Assembly (NCBI GenBank): GCA_964252035.1
Contig: OZ176204.1
Reading direction: 5' to 3' (one strand)
Source: Podarcis erhardii
Taxonomy: Eukaryota
Length of the DNA stretch: 64,000 bases
The notes under the pieces were generated by a model. The model was not told the DNA's origin. It saw nothing but the letters and a program-made list of their open reading frames with translations, and did not search any database. Position numbers and translations under genes: made by a program. This document shows, piece by piece, positions 38,460 to 52,500 of the stretch; within the stretch, counting starts at the first letter, position 1; each line of letters opens with the position of its first letter.

Positions 38460-39322
38460 TATTTGACCTTATCTGACTATGCTTGGCAAAGCTCCCTGAC
38501 CTTAAAGCTTAGCTAGAACCCTGTTATAGCCACACCTTACTACAATCACACTGGCTAAAAGAAGGGCCTGTGGAGGAAATAGATTAGCTGAACTAGTAGC
38601 TTCATACTCAGTAACAACTAGAAATCTCAAAAACTTACATCCTATATACCACACAACTCTCCTCAATCCTTTTACACCAATAACTCCAAGAATGGCTGGT
38701 TAGGACCTTATTTGTCCTGCCCAGAAATGGAGTTCTCTGCGCAAAGCGATCCAAGTGAGTGGAGTGGTAGTGATGGAAGTACCTAATATTAGAATATATC
38801 TGTCTGGCTGAGGCAGAACTCTCACAGGAAGCTAACAATTTAACAAAGATACGCTGAACTTAGAAACATCTATTAAATTATGTATCTAACAGTACAAATA
38901 TGCATTCATAAGATGTAAAGAAATACAAGAGCTTCAAAAATTCTTAAGTGGGAATATAGTAACTCCAGAAGCTTCAAAATTAGCTTCTATGATGAATGAT
39001 CCTTGCACCTAACGTAAAACATTTGTATCTAATTTCATCTGACAAATGTTGCAGAGCATGCACAAGGAGCCAGAGCTGAGGCAGGGAGTTAAGACACCTA
39101 TACCAATTAAATGTATGAGCGCTTGACAAGAAGGCTGCTTCCATTCTCTCAGGAAGCAATTTTTATCACTTCTTTGAACAACCAATCAGTCAACAGCCCT
39201 GGCCTGAAAACCCAGCACTAAAACTCCCACCAGCTGAACTCAAACAAAGCAAGATCCAAGTTTAAGATAAGCTGAATTACCTATTCAGGCATGCTGAAGT
39301 TCAAGGCTGTGTTTACTTAGAA

Positions 39323-39458
39323 CAGCCTTTCCCAACTTGGTGCCTTCCAGGTGCTTTGGACTACAACTCCCCTTGGGCTCAACCAGCATGGCTAATGGTT
39401 AGGGATGGTGGGTTTTGTCATCCAAAACATCTGGAGTGCACCAGATTGGAGAAGACTG
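39323..39458. mobile_element. Decayed hAT-type MITE
   Basis: Degenerate TIRs CAGCCTTTCCCAACTTGGTGCC / GCACCAGATTGGAGAAGACTG and the GACTACAACTCCC core seen in the other hAT MITEs. Confidence 0.65.
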
Positions 39459-39918
39459 CAGCGGAAACTGCACCGGTAAGGAACATTGTTTTCCCCTTCC
39501 TCTGTGGCATCAGTCACCACTCCAACCACCCCTCCCAAATTCAAATTTATTTGTATGCCTAGCAACTACCACAGCTAAGGAAAGAGGCAGGCAAAGATTC
39601 CTAAGCTTGGGTAAACCAGTGTTGTGAGAGTTAAGTTGGGAATTCCCTACTGAAATTCTCTAGTGGAATGGACAAGAGAGCAGTTCCATCCACTATTAAG
39701 CTCCAGTGGGACCCGCTGAGATTGTAAATGTCCAACCTTCCTGCAGTTTCCATCTAATCAAAGCCTTACTGTCCCTTAGAAGTACTGTAACTCTCACTGT
39801 GAAATAGACAGCTTCTCCGCTGCTCCCCCTGTTAAACAGCAGCTCCTTGGGAGGACATACCTGGACTTACTGGGGGGGGGGCAGAGGTGGGGTTACAATG
39901 GTGAGTGCTTCCCCAGCA

Positions 39919-40056
39919 CAGGCATGGGGAATCTGTAGCTTTTCAGATGTTGCTGGACTACAACTCCCATAATCCCTATTCATTAGTGATGCTGATTTAG
40001 GTTAATGGCTGTTAGGAGTCCAACAACATCTGGAGGATTGAAGGTCATCCGCCCCT
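39919..40056. mobile_element. Decayed hAT-type MITE
   Basis: CAGGCATGGGGAA...CAGATGTTGCTGGACTACAACTCCC...CAACATCTGGAGG...CCGCCCCT. Confidence 0.55.
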
Positions 40057-42534
40057 ACCCTGGCACATTTGGGCTAAATCTACCCCTTCCCACGCCCTCC
40101 ACACACCAAAAATAAAAAGAAAGAATAACTCATAGAAAAGTTTGTGCCCTGGACATGGAGAAGTGGTTTGCAAATGTGTTCAGAGAAGTGTGAACTTAGC
40201 AAGCATGGTAAGACTGTTGTCCTGACGCTCAGTATGGACAGGCCCTTTGGGGGCTCTTCACAGTTTGTTCTGGCTTTACTCATTCTGACAAATTTGATGT
40301 CTTCAGTAAGCCCTGTCTGCTTTACTGTACATGACTTTAGATAATTTAGAAATAAGTTGAACAGCATTGCTTCTAAAACAAAATTATTCTTAAACATATA
40401 TTTGATTTTCATCCAGTACAGTAGAAACATTCAGATCATATAAAAAAGGAGACAATATATATTTTAAAATTAATTCTTTCATAGGTGAAACAAAGGAACA
40501 GTGTTTCCCTACTTAATGTTTTCTGTAGGTGGTATAGAAGTGCACTTAAAGCAATTTCTCCCAGGAGATTGGCAGTAACAAGACATTCTGGAGGCAAGAA
40601 CAGTATTAGTAAACAAACACTGAAATATTTTTATGCTAGCAGGCTACCCACTGCTTTCATTCCAATACTGTTGAAATTAAAACTAAATACTAAGCTATGA
40701 ATTTTAACATATGCCACTGTGTTTTCCATACAGAAAATTATGGAAGCAATGTCTATATGCACGATGCTGATGCACAGTGCATGTTAAAGCTTTCCATGAG
40801 TGATTTTAAAAGGATTTTTTTAAAATTTTACAGTATTCATTAAATGTGAACAATTGCCTCAGAAAGCCTTAGATTACATTATGGGAAATGCTGCGTTTAG
40901 GTAACTCAAAGAACGTATAATACCTATAAACACAGAGTTTTATAATTTGCTATTTTTCTCAAATTTTACATTGTTTCTAAATATAAGTATAAATGTTTCT
41001 TGCTTAAGGGATTCAATTTATTTAGATATTTTGCTCACTTTCTGGCAAAATGTTCTGCTTTGGGGTAATAAGACATTTGCTTGTGCTGTATTTGTTGCAC
41101 TTTACAATAATTACATATTTGTTTTAAAAGGGTGGGGGAGGAGGGAAAGAGCTGCAGAACAGACATAACTACAAAACATTTTTTCTCTCTAGAATGAGGA
41201 ACCTTTTCAGTGTGCATCCAAAATACGTTAACAAATATAAGGGAAAGGCGGCAGAATTTGGTTCCTATTCATTAATCCATGGTTCAACAATAATTCCTTG
41301 TCTCTGTACCAAGCAAGCAAGGAGCACAGACCTTGGTAATGGGCACCTAGGCACTATAAATAGGATTTATGCAAAGCTGCACATAGGTTTAGAAGATTTT
41401 GTGCCAAAGGATAAGAAGAGAACATTAGAAAAGGGAAAATGAAGCATATGTGGAAGGAAACCATTTGAAACACAAGTGTTTCATCCACCATAAATATGGC
41501 AAAGTACATTCCATTTAAGATAACTGCACTTTCTTGCAATAGCAATTAATTTTGCCCTCTGGTATTTGAGTTGTGATTTTATTTTATTGACAGGAAACTA
41601 TATAAAGGTAAAGCTTATCAGATTAATAACTGTATTTACCAAACACTATCCCAGGTTCTTGAAACTTTTGTTGGAGAGACATAAAAGAGATGGATGGAAA
41701 AAGTTGATTTGCCCCACTTATCTGTGGTCAGGGGTTAATAAAATATTATCTCTAGTAGCAGGGAAAGTTTTGCAGTTAACCCTCCAAAATAGCCTACAAT
41801 CTGATAAAAATGGAAGCAAGGTCAGTCTAGCAATTCTAAAAGGCTAAAAATAAAAATAAAAATGAGAATGCTCTAGCTAATATATAATGTATAGTGAATC
41901 TTGCTAAAAGGTCACAAAAGTACTATAACACATTCCAATAAGAACTCAAAAAATATCATAATTATATGCACTTTTGAGGTCCACTATGAAATAATAATGT
42001 ATGAATTATGTACAATTTAAATTGTTGCCATTTATGCCCACACATTTCATGAGCATGACTTTGACATGCTTTTGATTGTCAATATGATTGAATACTTAAT
42101 AATATCTTGGGCTCAAGCATTAAAAGCATCTCTCTTTTAAACAAATGTATATTTCATTTTAGCATTTATATAAAGCATGTTTTAATTAAAAAGAACACTG
42201 TTTCTTTTCCTAGCGTTCATATAAAATAGTAAGAGGTAGAGTCAGAGAGAAATTACGAGAAACCCATTGTCTTCAGCGGTCCAAGAAAACAAGCATTTAA
42301 GACAAAGGATAATTAATACAAAACAAAATTAATACTTAGCCAGTTATTATGGAATTCAAATCAGTGGAAGACAAGTGCAAGGTATTATTTAATACAATTG
42401 TTGTGTGAATTTCTGATGTTTCAGTGCTAAAATTCCAGATACCAAATCACTGTCTCACATGGGGGGGGCATTCTGGTTGTGTACATTAACTGAATGTGCT
42501 TGAGGTCATGGCCTAATGCACAATTTCATACAGT

Positions 42535-42870
42535 TATTTATTCTCATTATTTATTAAATTTATATACCTCCTTCATATAAAGATCACAAGGTGGTTTACA
42601 GTATAAAAACACAAAATACAAAAACCCTCCCCCAACACATTTAAAAGACCATATATTGTTTAAGAAGCCAAATGCCTGGGTAAAATGGAATGTTTGTTAC
42701 CTGACACCTAAAGATATGTAGTGAAGGCACCAGGAGAGCCTCTCTGGGGAAGCTACTGCAGTAAAGGTCCATTCTTGTGTTGCCACCCTCCAGACTTCTC
42801 ATGGAAGGTCCCTGATCGCAGGGTCTGCATCAGTTCATATGGGGAGCGGTGGTCCTTGTGGTATTATAGT
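42535..42870 (-). mobile_element. Old L2 3'-end fragment
   Basis: TTATTTATTAAATTTATATACC tail, then sequence similar to the reverse complement of the L2 3' regions at 34400-34850 and 49100-49530. Confidence 0.6.
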
Positions 42871-44182
42871 TGCATAGTGCATCACATAGGCCCCTTATAT
42901 TTATAAGTTTGGTTCATTTACAGCTATCAAGGCAGAAGGCAACTTGAGGCTTTTCCCTAGCCTGTGTGTGTATTCCAGACTTAGCCATACTTGGTAGCTA
43001 TGACTAACTTAAGTCTCATTAATTTCAATGAGCCTACTGGAAGCATGAGAAAGTTTATATGCAATCTATCCATCTATCTATCTTGATATAGATATATTTG
43101 TGGAACTGCTTACTACCAATTTGTATGTTGGGAGGCGAATGAATGCATATGATTCTGTTTCCAAGTAGAAGATTGATATCTTTTGATACTTGCTTTAAGA
43201 GCCCAACAGGTTGCCAGCACCGGAGCATGCCATTTTACAAATCGTAACAATTTCTCCAAACTAACACAACTCTCTCACATCCCTTTTACATTATATGTTT
43301 GTGGCAAATCAGCCACAAGACTTTAAACTTTCCCTTCATCTGCAGATGGTCATTCAATCACTTTCATGAGTGAGCCTCCCTTTTTGGAAGAGCTAGGAGC
43401 AGCCAGAGGTCCTATGTTCTGTGTAATATGGCCGCAATTATTATTCCTTTTTTTAAAAAAAAAATTACTACTCTCTTGGCTATGCAGACAGACTTCCATC
43501 ATTTGAAAACAAAAACCTCTGTTCACTCTGAACACATTATGATCATATTAAATAGGGCTGAGATTTCCAATGTCACCTAAGGAAATTTGAAGCACTGTTC
43601 CTATTAAAGTTAATGGACAGAGAATATCCAAATCCCTTTGAAAACTGCAGCCAATAGATATGTTACCAACTGCAAAACTTGACAGCTGATTAAGAGAAAT
43701 CTATCTTTCATAATGATGCAGTGGATATAGTACAAGTGGAGCCTTATTAGAAACTTAACCAAATTATTCCAGAAATTCACGTTCTTCTCTGCATGATATA
43801 ATAGGAGGGGAAACAAGCAAGAGCTATTTGATTTACTTCATGATATACTGATTTTGAAGCTTTAGCTCACTTCAGTGTGATAATAAATTGCATTAAGCCC
43901 CTGTGTGCTGTTCAATAGCTTGCTACAACAGTATTAATGAAATTAGAAGGTCGTTCAATCTAATTATGTTTGTTTTCAGTTCAAATTAGAAAGATGTCCG
44001 TTAAATATTCAATTTACACAATATCTGTGCAATTTTATATCAGAATGATTAAATCAGAATGAGGAAGTGGGACTCAAAATTGATTTAACCACTGGAACAT
44101 TTTACAGACAATCAACATACACAATAGGAGAGGTACATAAGCCCTTAAGGAAATGGGGAATGCATACAAAATCCCCCACTCA

Positions 44183-46033
44183 AGGACTTCCGGGTTAGCG
44201 CGAACGGCTAATGGCGGATTCCCTCCGAGCTCCGGAGGGAATCGGCTCTACTGAGGACGGGTCTTGCCGTGCCGGCGACACGGGGACCCTCAGAAACCGC
44301 AGGCGCGGAAGCCTGCGGACTTGGTGACTCGGTGGGCACCTTAAGCGCCCTCCCCGACCCACGAAGAGCCTTTTTAAAGGCTGCGGAGAGGGTACGGAGA
44401 GTGGCGTGGTGCTGAGAGTAGACCGCTACCTCAGTAGAGCGAAGCCGCAAGCCATGGCCGGAGAGCGCTGACTTTCTTCCCAAAATTTGGACTGGATAAC
44501 AAAGGACCCGTGAGTAGTGGAATTTGGACTTTAAAAATTTTATCCTGTGAATTCGGCACGATCGGGGGATGTGTTAAAGGGAAGTCCGCACCCCCTCTAC
44601 TTATAGACGTTTCAAAGCAAGGAACGGAGATTTAAGGCGGAATGAATACTGTTTTGATGATTTAAAAGTTTCTCACAAATTTGATAGAACAAGATTTTTG
44701 TGCTGGAGAGAAAGGGAATTTGGAATTTTGTGTGTATCCCCCCCAAAAAACCCGGGAGTGTCCTATTTGGGTCCCGGAGGAAGAAGTGAAAGGAGTTTGA
44801 CAGCTGTCAAAGAAGCTGTCAAACGGGCGGACAAAGTAAAGAATTTTGCTATTCAATAACTCTTGGAATTAAAGCTGATACATTTGGACTGAGGCGATTG
44901 GAAACAAAGTATTGATAATAACAAAGTAACAGATTATTGGAAAAGGACTACTAAATAACTGAAAGCCCCCTAGGGGGAATTAGTGACATTACAATGGCTG
45001 CAGAGGGAAAATTACTGGCGGAGATAGAAAAAATGTTCTTTCTCGTGGGAATCCTGCAGGAGCAGAGTATGGCTCTGAGTAAAGTTTTTATGACCTTGAA
45101 TCCTGAAACAAACAACTCTGCTGAATGCACAAAGGAGATGCATGATAAAAATTCTGCAGCTGAGCAGGAAGAGATGCCTTTGGAATTGACAGAGAAAAAA
45201 GAAGGAGTTCAGACACTACAAGTGGAAAATATCAACCAGGAATCTGCAGCGTTAGAGTATGAGCAAGAAGACCTCTGGATTACAGACCTGCGAAAGATGA
45301 GAAAGAAGAAGAGAGAAGCCCCTGGAGTACTTGGAATATTAAAACTAGAAGGAACAAAGCAATATGATTGGGACTTTTCTCTTGAGTATGGAAAACTAGA
45401 TGGTCTTTCGCAGCAAACACTCTTCAACATTCTGAATGAAAGAAAATATGATCTGACTCTGACTGAACTCCTTCGGGGTCTTAGGACCATCAAAGAGGAC
45501 TACCAATATAGTTGGCAGAGAGGGACTGACAGAGAATCAGACGCCTCGGACGTGAGGAATCCGGGCTAGAAATATTTTTTGTTTGTTTTCTGGACATTTG
45601 TCTAGGAAGGGACAGAAACCGGGGCAGGGGGGGGAGAGAATAGAATTATAAAATGTTATGTTTTGTTTTACTTGGTCAATGTGACCTATAATTAATATAA
45701 TAAAGGGAAAATTTGTGAAGGGGAAGTTAGATCGACCTTAAAAAAAAAGAAATTAATGATTATAAGAGAATTGGATAGTTGAATATAGATAAACAAAAGA
45801 ATTTAATTTTTAAAAGCAATGTGAATATCTTTAAGAGGTTAGGTAAGAACTTGCTGAATTAATTTTGGAATTGGGATGTAAGAGGAGGGGGTGGGGGGAA
45901 GTCAATGAAAGTGGGTAAAGAAACTTAGGGTATGGAATTGTATTTGTGTGTTTGTTTGTCTTTGTCTTTGTGTGTGTGTCTGTTGTTATAAAATGTAAAA
46001 ACCCAATAAAAATTATTTTAAAAAAAAAAAAAA
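44183..46033 (+). mobile_element. 1.85-kb non-autonomous L1-like retroposon (L1-type 5' end, one short ORF, L1-type 3' end, poly(A))
   Basis: 17-bp TSD ACAAAATCCCCCACTCA at 44166-44182 and 46034-46050. 5' ~330 nt homologous to 22838-23166. No EN or RT sequence. Confidence 0.88.
44994..45569 (+). CDS. 191-aa ORF of the short L1-like element, function unknown
   Basis: Uninterrupted ATG-to-TAG ORF in good Kozak context (acaATGG), sitting in the ORF1 position. Acidic and helical-looking. Weak ungapped similarity of residues 1-30 to the outer-L1 ORF1 N-terminus. Confidence 0.6.
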   Translation: MAAEGKLLAEIEKMFFLVGILQEQSMALSKVFMTLNPETNNSAECTKEMHDKNSAAEQEEMPLELTEKKEGVQTLQVENINQESAALEYEQEDLWITDLRKMRKKKREAPGVLGILKLEGTKQYDWDFSLEYGKLDGLSQQTLFNILNERKYDLTLTELLRGLRTIKEDYQYSWQRGTDRESDASDVRNPG

Positions 46034-48889
46034 ACAAAATCCCCCACTCACATTAACTTGCCCATTCACTTAGCATACAGAACTTCTTTTTGCACTGGAG
46101 TAGAGAGGGAAAGTCAAGAACTTTTGGTGCACAACATAAGGACACACAGGGCTTTAAGATAATGCACTTACCTAGCGCTGCACCCATAATGGATGCTCCT
46201 GTTCAGGGTTTCAACTATGCCTCCTTCATTAAACTATAAATTAAAAGGTAAAGGGGGGCTCAAAGAGGCAAATTATTTTGCTCCCTCCTCTCCTTTTATT
46301 TTCCAACTGATACTTAACATATTCAGTTCCCTTTAGAATGTTTTTGGAAGGGATTCTGAGCTTTTAAAGCATTTTGTAATTTTATATAGCTGGAGATTAA
46401 TCCAAGCATGTAGATACCTCCCTCCTAATTCACAATGGCCCTGTTTTGACTCCAATCCTGTTGACATTCAGGATTGAAAAATTGTTATCTTTAAAAAAAA
46501 GGCATCTGGTAAACAGATGTATACACTCGTTCCCACAATGGCCCTCAATTTCTGAAACCCAGGAAGGGTGGGGAAGTACTAACTGAGGGGAGGGGACAAC
46601 ACACAGTGTGAATACATCCCACCAAGCACTGCCCACCAGTGTAAGATGGAAACATGACAGTTGAAAGTGCTTGTGTGTGGATGAAGAAAAAGCACACAAA
46701 ATTGCACATGAAAAATTCTATCTGTGTTACCCATGTGCACATTAATACTTTGGTGTATGTATAGCCATAGGCAAACACCATCCTTTGCTATTCCTGGTGA
46801 ACAGTATTGCAGCCTTAGTTACTATTTTTAAACTCCTTAGTTTCTTGCTGCCTGATTTGTATTTAGCAACATATGTATTATACAGGAGTATAATACAGGA
46901 GTGACAAATGCCCTTTAAACACTGTTCTCTGATTGTGGTCTCTAGTGTCAGTTCTTCTATGCACTCTGGTGATCAAAGGCCCAATCAATTTGCCAACATG
47001 TGTTCTGAGCCTTTTAACTCAGCAGCAGCACAGCCTCCCATTGTCCCTGATTATGGTTTCCCCCTCCTGCTTCCAGTCCAGTGACATATGCTTCTATTTG
47101 TGTAAACAAGGACTAAGATTCTGTGATTTATCCTTGAGAGATAATATCATGGAGGAACACATATCTCTGTCTCTTTCAAAGAATGGGTCCCAGAGCTGTT
47201 AGACCTCTTTCTCTTTCTTACATAACTTCAGAAATTTATGATTTAATCTATTTCATGGATGACATCTGAACTTCAGACTTGATTGGACTTAGTCTAGTCC
47301 AAGTATCTTCAAACTTTTCACACCCAGGGTCCTCTTTTAACCCAAACATGTATTTGGGGACCCATTTTTAACATTTTACTATATATTTGCATGGTGGCAG
47401 TTCTCTTGCTGCGACCCACTAGCAGGCCCTGACCCAGCAGTTGATACAGCAGTTGTATATAGAAGGATCACCATAAGGTTTAATAAACCTCTGCTTTCTC
47501 TTTCCTGTGCATGGTCTGTGCATGCATGCATGCCCCAAATCATATCATTATGGGGAATGGGAATCCTGTTCACCCATCTTCCATATTTCCATATAGTTGT
47601 TCTCCTCCACAATTCTCTCCAGTAATGCGAGTTTGTAGCTAAGTGCAAATGCTCTCTACTATGTCCTGCAACCACACATGGTTGGAGGACTCTTAGTGGA
47701 CTGGATTACACCCAGTCTAATTTAGTACTATATGGTACCATCCATATAATGTGATTTTTACCCTTTGGAAATATATAGCAAAGTTAAATGAAAGTCACTT
47801 GAAGACTCAATGGAATTAACATTTGTGAAACATTGCTTACAACCTTTTTATACTGCACTAGTTTCTAATTGCCTGATTTCTTCCCTTGTCTTGTAATCAA
47901 TGTTAACTAGAAAAGTTAATACGTTTTGCAAAAGAAAATTCATTAGCATTTAATTTAGATCTCTTCTTCTGTCCCCTATATAGCAATCTTTACAAAGCTT
48001 TAAAAGTCTACAAGGTTAAAACAACAAAAAGTTTTGCAAACGGTTAGACAGTGTTATAAAACATTCTCTCACAAACTCTTTCAGCAACATTCTGTAGTTC
48101 AATGCCCCCACCCCTGGACCAAGAGCTTTCTAGACTAGCATAAAAAAAGTGGCTATGCATTATATATATATGTGCAAGGATATATAGCTATATTTTATAC
48201 TTTCATTTACAGTTCTCCCCAAATATTGTGGCCTTTACTTAGAAAATTAGTTGTTCATATGTTCCACTGAAATAAACAGGATACTTTTCAATGAGACTTC
48301 AGTAAAACTAACTTTCTCTGGGTTTGAGTATCTGTTTTATGTTACATAGTAAGCATTCATAATCTAGGCATTCTAATATCTATAAAGCTGCCCAATAGAC
48401 AATATTATATATAGACAATTGCCTGAATTTTTCAGTGTTATTACTTTAGTTCTCCAACATGCCTCTACTTATAAAATTAAGACCAATTGCAGTAACAGAG
48501 AGGGCCCACTCCCGACCTCAGCCCACCTGAGCTGCGCACAAGCAGGTGGAGACTATGCCTGTATGTAACCTGTTTCTGCTCCTCCTGCTTCAATCGTCTG
48601 CTGGTTCTAGGAGACAGTGGAGCATGAAAGGTGGGGGCAGGAGGTCGTGGTAAGCTCTTGACTCTACACCAGCCTGACCTATCTCTCCCTCCTCCTGCAC
48701 CTATTCTTCACTCGCCATTCCTGCAGCTTCTCCTGCCTCTGACTCTTGTCTCCTGGCTGTTACAGGCTCTCCCAGGTCACTGATCCCTTCTTCCAAGTCA
48801 GATGCCAACCCCCTTCTCCCAGTGCCCATTCATCCGTATCCAGTCACCACTCCTCAGCGTCCAGTCAGTCCCTGACACTGCAGAGTGCC

Positions 48890-49535
48890 TTTTATCTGCC
48901 TTGGCTGGTGTCACAGCTGCACCCCTATCTGGACAGGGATAACCTAACTTCTAACATCTATTCTCTGGTAACCTCTGGGTTAGATTACTGCAAGACATTA
49001 TATGTGGGGCTGCCTCTGAAGACGGTTCAGAAACTGGCAGTTAGTTTCCAATTCAAAGGTCCAATTCAAAGTGCTGGTTTTAACCTACACAGCCTTCAAC
49101 AGCTCAGGGCTGCAATACCTCAAGGATCACCCTCCCCATATGAACTGACATGGACTCTATGATCATCATCTGATACTCTTCTTTGTGTGCCCCCTCCATA
49201 ATATGTCCTGAACATGGAAACACAAGTGTACCTTTTCTGTGGTGGCTCCCCACTTGCGGAATGCTCTTGCCAGGGAGGCTCACCTGGCACTTTCATTACA
49301 TATCTTTAGGCACCAGGCAAAAACATTCCTCTTCTCCATGTTCTTCCTCTATGATTCCCAGGCCTTTGGCTTATTAAAAAATCTATGGCTTTAAAAAAAT
49401 GTGTGGGAGGGAGTTACTGTTTCTGTTCATTATTATGGCGTGTATTTTTGTGTTTTAATATTACAAACCACCCTGTGATCTTTGGATGAAGTGTGACATA
49501 GAACTTAAATTAATTAATTGATTGATTAATAATTG
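48890..49535 (+). mobile_element. Old L2 3' fragment
   Basis: LDYCKTLYVGLPLKTVQKL and FKVLVLTY..L...G..YL remnants, ending in an (ATTA/ATTG)n tail. Confidence 0.75.
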
Positions 49536-52500
49536 TTGGGGGAAAGATGGGTGGCCCACTTACAAGTGAATTATAGTGAATAAAGTATTATAACGAGACA
49601 TTGTGGAAAACATGATGTTCTGCTGATAGCAAGGCTACCGTTGCTTGCAGCATTAACCAAACAACTTTATAAAAGGGAGGAGGCACTGTGTGACGCAGTA
49701 ACTCCCCACTTGTAAATTTTCTCCCATCATCTCCTCTGGGAAAAAAAAAATCAATGAAATCTTTCCTTCCACGTGCACTACATAGCTTATGTAGGGAGTT
49801 GCACTACAATCTGAATTTACTTGAACAGAATTGTTGGTGCAACCCAAGAAACAGTAGATAGAAAAGCCACTACTTCCTTAAGGTCTACTGTGCAACCCAA
49901 GTGAGCTTAGTTTTGAAACTAAAACCTTGCTACCAGTTCTTAGAGCCAGTGGCACCACAGGAAACAATGTCTTTTCAACTTATTCTCTGCAAAATTTCTG
50001 AACATTAAAGCTGACAATGAAAGCAGCGAGTTTTCCCATGGCATCATACACTTATACTGCAATCCTTCACATTTCTACTCAAAGTAAGCCACATTGGGCT
50101 CAACAGAGCAGACTCCCTGGTTAATGGGTTTATGTCTGCACCCCTGGTGAAAATACTAAGCTGGCAGCTGAACTGTTTACTGAGAGACTTGTCAGAGGAG
50201 CAGTTCAAAACAGGGGATAAACCAAATTTATACAAACATTTAAATATTGTTCTTGTAAACTTTATATACACCCTGAACAATAATCAGAAGAAGAAAATGT
50301 GGCTCATTCACTTAAAGAAAGAAAAGAGCAGTAATCATGGATCCCTCTTTCAACCCTTCAGGATACGCCTTCCACTTACAATAGAAGCAAATTGATTGCT
50401 TTGCAAGTAATATCACTGCAATTGATTTTTCCCCCATACCACCTCACTGGCACAGACAAACACAATTTTTAAGAAGTATTTTCTAAACAAATGCAGGGTT
50501 TTTTATAGTGAATATACATGAATTTAAATTAACTTTATTAGGTTAGAAAAATCAGTGTAATCATTTCACAAAAAGTGCTTAATCAGCTTAGGGAGGTTAT
50601 TACAGGCACAGTATGCATTAAGCAGCATTTCCCCCTTTTGTAATAGCTATGGGAAAAGTAGGAGCTGAGGGGGGGAAATCTATTTCCATTGATGCACAAG
50701 AGATTAACCACTTGAATACTTCCTAATATATGGGTTGTATAAGGTCAGGCGGAGAAACAACCATCTAGAGCTATTCATGACTATTTTCACTCAAGAACCG
50801 CAGCTAACCATTCTTAGGGTGTTGTTGAACATCACTAGCTCTGCAGTATGACTGCTGTGTTTTGAATAAGCAGTCAAAAATAATAATGTCACATTAACAT
50901 CAATAGAAACTTTAGAGGAACCACTGGGAGAACAAACCCAAAATTTCATTCAAATCATTAGTACACTATAACAAATACTCCCATTTCTTATATGTCATCG
51001 ATATGCACAATTTTGCTATTGTGGATCCTCCAGTAATATCCTAGAGGAATATACTCTATCCTTATTCCTTCCTCTCCATCACTTTGAAATGAATGCTTAT
51101 AAATATTTAGGACTGTGGTATGAAAACAAACATTTCCTCGAGGAAATGCTTAATATCCTGTCTTATTCTCTTAACCAATGTAAGTATTATTTTAAAACAG
51201 CCAGGAGGATTTTAATGCACGGACACTGCCTTGAAGCAGATCCCTGGTGTCCTCTTCTGATAGCTAGAGTGACCATCCCCTGAAGTACTTGACAAGGCCA
51301 AGGGCTGAGAAGGGCTGATCACTGGACAGCCCAAACCATATATATATCTATATTTACAAAAAGAATTCTGAGCAAAAATTATCAACCATGACCTTCCTAG
51401 CTTTCCATGGCCCAGTACATCATGAGTATGAATTATTAATGCTTTAAGGTACAGCCAAGATCTCACAGCACACCCTTATGGCCTGAGTTACCAGCCACAT
51501 CCTTTGTTTTGGAATGAAAGTAAAATCTATAATTGATTAGATTTGCTATTAAACATTAAATGTGATAGCTACATTTTACTTAATCGCATAAATTAAATAA
51601 ACATTGCAGAAGCAAATCTCAGTATACGCTTGTAAAATATCACAGCTATATCTTTCATATGAAATACAGTATGTACATATATATATATCCTTTATGTTCT
51701 AGAAATCAGCAATGGATCATGTCTTGGTCTGGGTGAGGGAGAACCCAAAGCGATCAGTACATTAGTTTGTAAAGATCTTATCTCAGGCATTCAAATGATA
51801 TACAAATTAAAACAGTGTGTGATTGGAGACTAATTATTTCTCAATTAGGTGTTTTGTTTTTAAAACATCAACTGAACTATGAACAGTATTCCCACTCCCT
51901 GACAAACTGTTTTAAATATGTTAATTTTTGTACAGTCACCCAAGAGATAGAGAATGATGCAGCTAGAAGCAGTGTTGAATGCCACCTAGTTAAACTCTTG
52001 GACTATGAAAGAAAACTATAATGTCCCCCAAGCAAATTTATTCAGATGTATCAAATCTTTTAATACCTCACAGTTTCCCAACCAAATTGCTCTATTTCCA
52101 AACAACCACCACCAGAATTTTCTCTTTATATCCAACTGCACTTATTTCCTGTTTTCCAACTAACATTAGTTACAATTTATGTTATAGCAACATTTTGTAC
52201 TATGTAATGGTGAATAATATCTTGAAAATATTTTAAGTTAAATTTTACTTTAAACTTTTTCTGTTTAGAACTATCCAAAGCTAAAATGAAAGCAAAGTTA
52301 AATGCAGTGAAATATCCAGAATTTAAATTTTAAAAAACCCCAAAGTTCTCAATTTGATGCTTAAAGAATATAAATTTTGGTACTTTACAAAGCTATCTAA
52401 AAATAATATTCCATAAAATAATGTAAATGTATCCTAAATCCATTTGAGTTTATTTAAAATGACAGGATTTGAAGACTTCTGAACAGAGTCAACAACTATT

